Positions 1 to 5,529 of a stretch of DNA of 10,633 bases are shown one piece after another (position 1 is the first letter of the stretch; each line of letters opens with the position of its first letter). The translations under genes were made by a program, and so were the position numbers. The stretch lies in the NCBI GenBank assembly GCA_039802265.1, contig JBDRWI010000070.1:1-10633 (forward strand), given 5' to 3'. The stretch is from a candidate division WOR-3 bacterium. Lineage in GTDB: Bacteria; Hydrothermota; Tepidihabitantia; SM23-42; JAOAFX01. The notes under the pieces are model-generated. The model had not been told where the DNA came from and made no database searches. It saw only the letters and a list, made by a program, of their open reading frames with translations.

Positions 1-495
1 AAGATTGGTGATAATTTCCGGGTTGATAATGATACAACCAATGCTGAACAATCATATGCCAGTTGTTTCTCAGCAAACAATCGCATTTATATCGTATGGA
101 ACGATACCCGCATACCCGCCCACTGGTTTGATGTTTATTGCAAGATAATTGAATGGCCCGATGGACAGGAAATTATGGAGGTAGAAAAAATTAGCCACAA
201 AATCGCCCTTATCGTTTCTCCAAATCCATTCAAAAACCATTGCTTGATTAAATTCCAAATCCAAAACAAATCCGCAATCCGAAATCCGAAATCCGAAATT
301 TCTTTAAAGATCTATGACGTTTCAGGTCGTGTTGTAAAATCCTTTAATCCTGAATCCTGTATCCTGAATCATACATCAGGTATCATCTGGTCTGGTAATG
401 ATGATTTGGGTCGCCGTCTTCCTGCGGGTGTCTATTTTGTGCGGTTAGAGGCAGGTGATTATAAGCAGGGTGAGAAGGCGATTCTTTTGAGATGA
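1..495 (+). CDS. 5'-truncated secreted protein with FlgD-Ig/T9SS type-A C-terminal sorting domain
   Basis: Frame 1 is open from base 1 (KIGDNFRVDNDTTNAEQSYASCFSANNRIYIVWNDTRIPAHWFDVYCKII...) to TGA at 493-495, so the ORF-track start at 175 is an internal Met. The C-terminus has the CTD pattern SPNPF...LKIYDVSGRVV...IIWSGNDDLGRRLPAGVYFVRL...KAILLR. Confidence 0.9.
   Translation, partial: KIGDNFRVDNDTTNAEQSYASCFSANNRIYIVWNDTRIPAHWFDVYCKIIEWPDGQEIMEVEKISHKIALIVSPNPFKNHCLIKFQIQNKSAIRNPKSEISLKIYDVSGRVVKSFNPESCILNHTSGIIWSGNDDLGRRLPAGVYFVRLEAGDYKQGEKAILLR
250..300 (+). repeat. Heptamer tandem repeat (AAATCCG-type) inside the CTD coding sequence
   Basis: aaattcc-aaatcca-aaac-aaatccg-caatccg-aaatccg-aaatccg-aaatt, translated as KFQIQNKSAIRNPKSEI. 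Confidence 0.85.
346..377 (+). repeat. Second heptamer tandem repeat (AATCCTG-type) inside the CTD coding sequence
   Basis: aatcctg-aatcctg-tatcctg-aatcata-catc, translated as NPESCILNHT. Confidence 0.8.
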
Positions 496-576
496 TGGAA
501 GTTAGGTGAGGAAGTGGGTTAGGAGGTTGGATACTGATTTCTATTTTTTAGTGTTGTCTTTAGTCTTCCTTTTTCA

Positions 577-621
577 AATCCCCTTAATCCCCCTTTTCTA
601 AGGGGGGGAAATAGGGGGATT
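577..621. repeat. CCCCCTT..AAGGGGG nested palindrome (REP-like), copy 1
   Basis: Inner stem ccccctt(589-595)/ttct/aaggggg(600-606); outer arms aatcccc(577-583)/ggggatt(615-621). Related copies at 2526-2565 and 2902-2978. Confidence 0.85.
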
Positions 622-686
622 AGGCTGATAGACGAAACCATTTGACGATAGGAGCGGCGAAACCGTAAAACGATAGCCGATTTTTT

Positions 687-712
687 GGAGTGCATTAGAT
701 TGCTAATGCGCT
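687..712 (+). repeat. GGAG-type REP-like hairpin
   Basis: GGAG at 687-690 overlaps the stem agtgcattag/attg/ctaatgcgct (perfect 7-bp core gcattag/ctaatgc, extended to 10 bp with one G-T pair). Confidence 0.55.
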
Positions 713-715
713 GTT

Positions 716-740
716 CAATTCGCAATTCGAAATCCGAATT
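716..740 (+). repeat. Heptamer tandem repeat
   Basis: caattcg-caattcg-aaatccg-aatt; same family and orientation as 268-300. Confidence 0.75.
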
Positions 741-774
741 GTCATTGCGAGTCCCGTTGGGGCAAAGCAATCTC
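741..774 (+). repeat. GTCATTGCGAG...GCAATCTC palindromic element (single half-unit)
   Basis: gtcattgcgagtcccgttggggcaaagcaatctc, with outer ttgc/gcaa and inner gtccc/ggggc stems. The reverse strand reads RLL....RND, which I recognise from memory as a widespread intergenic repeat family. Confidence 0.6.
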
Positions 775-833
775 ATTCGTTAAATTCATAATTTCCATTC
801 CGTTTTTTAAAAAAATTGGGATTTAATTATTGT

Positions 834-865
834 TTGGGATTTGGTGCTTGGGATTTGAGATTTGA
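834..865 (-). repeat. Heptamer tandem repeat, inverted relative to 268-300 and 716-740
   Basis: ttgggat-ttggtgc-ttgggat-ttgagat-ttga, plus an isolated ttgggattt at 816-824. Confidence 0.75.
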
Positions 866-894
866 TTAACGATACTGTAAACCGTATAACCTTG

Positions 895-922
895 TTGACT
901 CCTTTCATATTATGGATAAAAT
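895..922 (+). promoter_or_regulatory. Sigma70-type promoter for the 941 gene
   Basis: TTGACT(895-900), 16-bp spacer, TAAAAT(917-922); SD GGAGG at 931-935 before GTG 941. Confidence 0.7.
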
Positions 923-940
923 CAATTACTGGAGGTTAAG

Positions 941-2431
941 GTGAGAATATTAATGTATGTATGCTTATTAGTGTGTGCTTATGGAACGACCTATTATGTT
1001 TCAGTCAACGGAAATGACAATTGGTCAGGTACGAGCCCTGATTCTGCCTGGCGCCACATCAATCGTGCGTGTTCTACGGTCGTTGCCGGTGATACTGTCC
1101 TGGTCCTTCCTGGTTTTTATGCTGAAAGGGTATTATTCAGACGCTCGGGCAATCCCGCTCAAAAGATTGTCTTCAAATCCCACCCAAGAAGGACTGCCAC
1201 GACCTGGGGTTTTGATACCAATTCACCAACCTATGGAAGTTATACACGGATTGAAGGTTTTAATATTGAATGGGATACATCTCTAACGAGTTGGCGTGAT
1301 TTTGGAATTTTCATTAATAGCAACAATGTTGAAATAGTTGATAACTACATTGCCAATTTTCGTAAGACTGCAATCCAGGGCAACTGGTCACAGCCCTGGC
1401 GAAGGGATATTTATATTGCAAACAATAAAATCTTCCATTGTCAGATGGGGATAGGTGTCCAGGGCACGAACTGGACAATTGAAAACAATGAGATAGAAAA
1501 ACTTTTCTATTACCGCCCTGGCGATTGTGATTATACAAGATTCTTTGGTGATAGCATTTTATTCAAAAATAATTACTTCCACGGGACTGACTTTGATTCC
1601 GTGGGCAGTGCCCATGTAGATTGTTTCCAGACATTTGATAATAATGGTGAGCATGCCTGTTATGTAACGATTGATGGGAATCGTGGTTTTGATTTTCACC
1701 AGGCTTTTATGGGTGAAGCAAATTACTATCATAATTCCCATGATATAATTTTTAAGAATAACATCTTTGCCCGTGGTGGTGCATGGGGACTCTGTGTCAA
1801 AAATATCGGCAATATGAAAGTCTATAATAACACCTTTGCCTATATCAGATGGCATGGAGTCGGATTTGAAGGGCAATATGCCCAGAATGAGGATGTAAGA
1901 AACAATATCTTTTTTAACACCAACACGAGTTACTGGTGGGCGGATACTGCTACGGCAACTGGTGATTATAATCTTATCTTTGGTGCGAGTCCACCAACCG
2001 TGATTGGACCACATGATATTCTGAACCAGGACCCATTGTTTGTTGACTCAATACACAACGATTTCAGACTCCAGCCTAATTCACCAGCAATTGACCATGG
2101 TGACTCACTCCTTGAAGTTCCATATGATATAGTTGGCGTCTCCCGTCCCCAGGGATTACGCTGGGATATCGGTGCTTATGAATATGTTGCGGGCGGGATT
2201 ACAGATAATAGAAAACAACAAAAAATAATAAATAATCCAGTTATCATTCCCAATCCATTTTCGCATTTTGCAATATTAAAAGGTAGTAAAAATCAAAATT
2301 GCACGGTTTATGATATAAGCGGTAGAAAGATAAGAACATATTCAACGGAAAAAATCGGCGCGGACCTGTACCCTGGCGTATATTTTGTCAGTGTTAATGA
2401 GCAATTCTTACGCGTAGTAAAAGTCAAGTAG
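941..2431 (+). CDS. Secreted right-handed parallel beta-helix (pectin-lyase-like) protein with choice-of-anchor Q region and T9SS type-A CTD
   Basis: Signal peptide, then TYYVSVNGND...G.SPDSAW..I..A...V.AGDTVLV.PG.Y.E; Asn-rich PbH1-type repeats (I.NN.I, YNNTF, VRNNIF); DPLFVD...DFRLQPNSPAIDHG...D..G..RPQG..WDIGAYEY; CTD PNPF...VYDISGRKI...PGVYFV...RVVKVK. Confidence 0.9.
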   Translation: MRILMYVCLLVCAYGTTYYVSVNGNDNWSGTSPDSAWRHINRACSTVVAGDTVLVLPGFYAERVLFRRSGNPAQKIVFKSHPRRTATTWGFDTNSPTYGSYTRIEGFNIEWDTSLTSWRDFGIFINSNNVEIVDNYIANFRKTAIQGNWSQPWRRDIYIANNKIFHCQMGIGVQGTNWTIENNEIEKLFYYRPGDCDYTRFFGDSILFKNNYFHGTDFDSVGSAHVDCFQTFDNNGEHACYVTIDGNRGFDFHQAFMGEANYYHNSHDIIFKNNIFARGGAWGLCVKNIGNMKVYNNTFAYIRWHGVGFEGQYAQNEDVRNNIFFNTNTSYWWADTATATGDYNLIFGASPPTVIGPHDILNQDPLFVDSIHNDFRLQPNSPAIDHGDSLLEVPYDIVGVSRPQGLRWDIGAYEYVAGGITDNRKQQKIINNPVIIPNPFSHFAILKGSKNQNCTVYDISGRKIRTYSTEKIGADLYPGVYFVSVNEQFLRVVKVK

Positions 2432-2525
2432 TAAAGTTCTTATACTAATAAGATTTAAGGAAAGTGGTATTTAATAGCAGGTAATCTTCTTTGGATAAAA
2501 TACAAATATACTTCGTTGTTAACTA

Positions 2526-2565
2526 AAATCCCCTTTAATCCCCCTTTTCCAAAGGGGGAGATTAA
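2526..2565. repeat. CCCCCTT..AAGGGGG palindrome, copy 2 (outer right arm missing); possible terminator for the 941 gene
   Basis: Stem tcccccttt(2539-2547)/tcc/aaaggggga(2551-2559), preceded by aaatcccctttaa as in copy 1. Confidence 0.8.
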
Positions 2566-2573
2566 TATCTTTT

Positions 2574-2639
2574 GTAGTAGCAGAGTTTACTCTGCAGGGT
2601 GGTATGCAATAAAAATTGTAGTGGCAGAGCTTGCTCTGC
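2574..2639 (+). repeat. Two GTAG-family REP hairpins, forward type
   Basis: GTAG-TA-GCAGAGT-TT-ACTCTGC (2574-2595) and GTAG-TG-GCAGAGC-TT-GCTCTGC (2618-2639). Confidence 0.85.
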
Positions 2640-2649
2640 AAAAATATCG

Positions 2650-2741
2650 GTCAAGCGAGCTTGACCACTACGGAGGAGCGGATTGTCAAGCAAGCTTGAC
2701 CACTACGGGAGAGCGGATTGTCAAGCGAGCTTGACCACTAC
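2650..2741 (-). repeat. Three GTAG-family REP hairpins, reverse type, in a 35-bp tandem period
   Basis: gtcaagc-(ga/aa)-gcttgac-cactac at 2650-2671, 2685-2706 and 2720-2741 (reverse strand GTAG-TG-GTCAAGC-TY-GCTTGAC); near-identical 13-bp linkers ggaggagcggatt and gggagagcggatt. Confidence 0.9.
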
Positions 2742-2901
2742 AAAAAAATGGTGATTGGGTTATGCGTGTAGATGCTGGTTAAACAATTAAACAATTGTTT
2801 AGATATTTAAATGTCTTAAGAAAAATGTCAATCCATTGACCATCTGACTTCTCGCCACATTTTACAATATTAAGAGTTAGCTCTTGATTTTTCTTTTTTA
2901 A

Positions 2902-2978
2902 TAATCCCCCATTATCCCCCTTTACAAAAGGGGGAAACAGGGGGATTAGAATAACAAGAAGGGGGAAATAGGGGGATT
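2902..2978. repeat. CCCCCTT..AAGGGGG nested palindrome, copy 3, with duplicated right half
   Basis: Outer taatccccc(2902-2910)/gggggatta(2940-2948); inner tcccccttt(2915-2923)/aca/aaaggggga(2927-2935); extra aagggggaaatagggggatt at 2959-2978. Confidence 0.85.
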
Positions 2979-3129
2979 GAGATTGTAATTTCATAGATAC
3001 TTGTGCAAAGCGGCTATGACAGAAAAAAGAAATAAAATATGACATATGAAGAATTAAAGTTTCATGAGAACAAAATGCGGAGAGGAATCAGATTGACCAC
3101 ACATAATATTTAAGTCTAACGTTAGGGGC

Positions 3130-3157
3130 TTGATAAATAAGACATTCTGGATAAAAT
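3130..3157 (+). promoter_or_regulatory. Sigma70-type promoter for the 3176 gene (probably also the 5530 gene)
   Basis: TTGATA(3130-3135), 16-bp spacer, TAAAAT(3152-3157); AGGGGG SD-like site at 3166-3171. Confidence 0.65.
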
Positions 3158-3175
3158 TTTTTAATAGGGGGTATT

Positions 3176-5500
3176 ATGACAATATTATGTTTGCTTTTAA
3201 TGGTTATTGAACCTGAAGTTTATCTTTGTAATCCGGTTAGTACACCTTATGGTATAGTCCTTACGAATAATTATTGCAATAACCTTTATCTTCTAACCGA
3301 AGATGGACTCAAAGAAATTTATTCTGCTCCTGGCTGTGGTAGATATTATTCAGTCTCTTATGATAAACGCAAGATTGGTTTCAAAATCATAAAAGAAAAT
3401 GGCTTGCAGATTCCTGCAATCTATGATTTGAAAACAAATAAAATTGAAAATCTATACTCTCCAGTTTATCAAGCAGGGCAGATAAGTTTTTCAAAAGATG
3501 GCAAGATTGCATTCACGATTGGTGAAGAATTATTCATTCAAAACAACAAAGAAACCAAAAAATATAGACTTGGCGTTTATGCCAACCTCTGCCCTATCTC
3601 GCCCGATGGTAATTTTATGGTCTTTAACGACGATTACGACCAGTTGTGGCTTTTAAATCTTACCGACAACTCCCGCATTCGTTTCACCGATAATAAATAT
3701 GGATATTGCTATACACAATGGTCCCCGGATTCAAGATTCATTGCCTATTCAACCCTTGGTGGCTTTATAAAGGTCTATGACAGGATTGAAAACCGGACTT
3801 ATGATATTGATGAAGGGAAAAGTTTTAATTGGTCACCCGATAGCCGATACTTAATCTACTACAAAACTTATACGGATGGACACAAACTCACCAATTCGGA
3901 GTTATTTATGTCAAACTATGACGGCTCAACAAAAAACCAACTCACAAATACACCCGATATTTACGAAATGGACCCGAGTTTTGTTGATTCTAAAAACATT
4001 ATCTATCACACCTTTGACCGAGAGGAGATAATCCAGGCAGAGATTGAGCATAACAAACCTATAAACTCAAAAATTCTCTTCAAATCCACTAAACCCTTAA
4101 AAATAAATTATTACAATATCAGTTCTGATTTTGGCTCGCGCGATTCCATTGACGTTCCCTATGTGCACCAGGTCTATGATACCCCGGATTGGCATAATGG
4201 ACATGCCTCCTGCGCACCAACAACTGCAATTATGGCGATTGCCTATTATAGAAAACTACCTTATTGGGATTGCTGGTGTTCAACACCTTATGGACATACA
4301 AGCCATTTTGGGAATTATATATGTGCAATCTACAATTATCGGGAAGTCACTTACAATTGGGTTGCACAAGACTGGGGCGGCAATGATGCCTGGGGTGGTT
4401 ATGGATATATGTGGTATAATGGCTATTCACCTTATTCAAGGATGTATAATTATCTAACCTATCATGCACTCAATTCCTGGATTGATGATTCACCAACCTG
4501 GGAAGAGACCCAGGCTGAAGTCTCTGCTGGTTGGCCATATTGTATGTGTGTAGGACTAACTACTGCTGGACATCTGGTCCTTGCTGTTGGTCAGGTCTTA
4601 AACTGGCATACCCTTATCTTTAATGACCCTTATGGTAACAAGAACACGCCTGGCTATCCGAGTTATGATGGTAAATACGCACGCTATGACTGGCCTGGAT
4701 ACAACAATGGTTATCAAAATTTAAATTCTGTTTACTGGTGTCGTGGTGCAAGGGGCTCCTGGCCTGCACCGGTGGATACTATCGTTGATGATTTGCAGAT
4801 TCGTTATCCTAATGAGCCTTATGGTTTCTATATGTTCACGGACTCGCCATCAACAATGCGATTTTATCATGACAATCTTTCTGGCTATAACGGACACTTC
4901 TGGTGGACATATACTACAATCTCAGCCGACACCTGTTATGTAACCTGGACACCGCATCTGCCATCTGCAGGAACTTATGAAGTCCTTGCTTATATTCCTT
5001 CAACAAACGCCACTGCCAATGCAAGATATAGAATTTATTATGCAGGCGGGAACACAACCGTTACAATAAATCAGAATAATTATTCCAACCAATGGGTATC
5101 GCTCGGCATATTCCCGTTTAATACTACAGGTGGTTATGTCTACCTCGGCGATGCATCGGGAACTTCAATGCAGAGAATTGCCTTTGATGCAATGAGATGG
5201 CACTATGTTGGACAGGCAGTTGAAGAAGTTGAAAAGGAGAATATTGAAAAAGTTCTACTCCTCAATTCAATGGTGAAAAACACAATCACCCTGAGATTCA
5301 ATCTTATTAAAAATACAAAAATAATAATTTCAATCTTTGATATTACAGGGGCTATTGTTTATTTAAAAACAGCAAATCTTCCTAGTGGTGAATCAATACA
5401 AAAAGTTGATGCGCAATCTCTTTCCTCAGGAGTATACTTTATCAAAGTAACAGCCGATGAAGTAAATTATATGAAAAAAATCATAAAAATCCAGAATTAA
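3176..5500 (+). CDS. Secreted multidomain protein: TolB-like beta-propeller + C39-like cysteine peptidase + golvesin/Xly-CBM-like domain + T9SS type-A CTD
   Basis: PD40-like repeats (FSKDG, ISPDG, WSPDSRFIAY, WSPDSRYLIY); IDVPYVHQ...SCAPTTAIMAIAYY (Cys codon 4211), GHLVLAVG (His 4571), FNDPYG (Asp 4625); IVDD...TWTPHLPSAGTYEVLAYIP...INQ...QWVSLGIFPF...FDAMRW; CTD IFDITG...LSSGVYFIKV...KKIIK. Confidence 0.85.
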   Translation: MTILCLLLMVIEPEVYLCNPVSTPYGIVLTNNYCNNLYLLTEDGLKEIYSAPGCGRYYSVSYDKRKIGFKIIKENGLQIPAIYDLKTNKIENLYSPVYQAGQISFSKDGKIAFTIGEELFIQNNKETKKYRLGVYANLCPISPDGNFMVFNDDYDQLWLLNLTDNSRIRFTDNKYGYCYTQWSPDSRFIAYSTLGGFIKVYDRIENRTYDIDEGKSFNWSPDSRYLIYYKTYTDGHKLTNSELFMSNYDGSTKNQLTNTPDIYEMDPSFVDSKNIIYHTFDREEIIQAEIEHNKPINSKILFKSTKPLKINYYNISSDFGSRDSIDVPYVHQVYDTPDWHNGHASCAPTTAIMAIAYYRKLPYWDCWCSTPYGHTSHFGNYICAIYNYREVTYNWVAQDWGGNDAWGGYGYMWYNGYSPYSRMYNYLTYHALNSWIDDSPTWEETQAEVSAGWPYCMCVGLTTAGHLVLAVGQVLNWHTLIFNDPYGNKNTPGYPSYDGKYARYDWPGYNNGYQNLNSVYWCRGARGSWPAPVDTIVDDLQIRYPNEPYGFYMFTDSPSTMRFYHDNLSGYNGHFWWTYTTISADTCYVTWTPHLPSAGTYEVLAYIPSTNATANARYRIYYAGGNTTVTINQNNYSNQWVSLGIFPFNTTGGYVYLGDASGTSMQRIAFDAMRWHYVGQAVEEVEKENIEKVLLLNSMVKNTITLRFNLIKNTKIIISIFDITGAIVYLKTANLPSGESIQKVDAQSLSSGVYFIKVTADEVNYMKKIIKIQN

Positions 5501-5529
5501 TATTTGTAATTATCTGCCTGGAGGTATCA

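Noticed and set aside
175..177. ATG 175 as the start of a stand-alone 106-aa CTD protein
   Set aside because: The frame is open and protein-like back to base 1, so this is an internal Met of a longer gene.
496..567. Purine-rich and TTAGTY-like short degenerate repeats after the first stop codon
   Set aside because: Too degenerate to define a unit confidently, so not listed as a feature.
519..776. 85-aa minus-strand ORF
   Set aside because: It is a translation of the stacked repeats (RLL..RND, FELRI, PPLRKGG); no credible protein family or start signals.
2516..2734. 72-aa plus-strand ORF
   Set aside because: It consists of repeat translations (PPFPKG, VVAELAL, ASLTTT), starts at TTG and has no SD site.
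2650..2741. Mini CRISPR array (three palindromic 22-bp repeats)
   Set aside because: The spacers are only 13 bp and nearly identical, the repeats end in CTAC like GTAG REPs, and no cas genes are present.
2836..2868. TTGACC...TACAAT promoter
   Set aside because: The spacer is 21 bp, too long for a sigma70 promoter.
2779..3045. 88-aa minus-strand ORF
   Set aside because: It reads through the palindrome (PPFVKG) and low-complexity AT-rich DNA; no recognisable domain.
3114..3127. attC-like GTCTAAC/GTTAGGG pair suggesting an integron cassette
   Set aside because: The two boxes abut with no L boxes or spacer, do not follow a gene, are not repeated after other genes, and there is no integrase.
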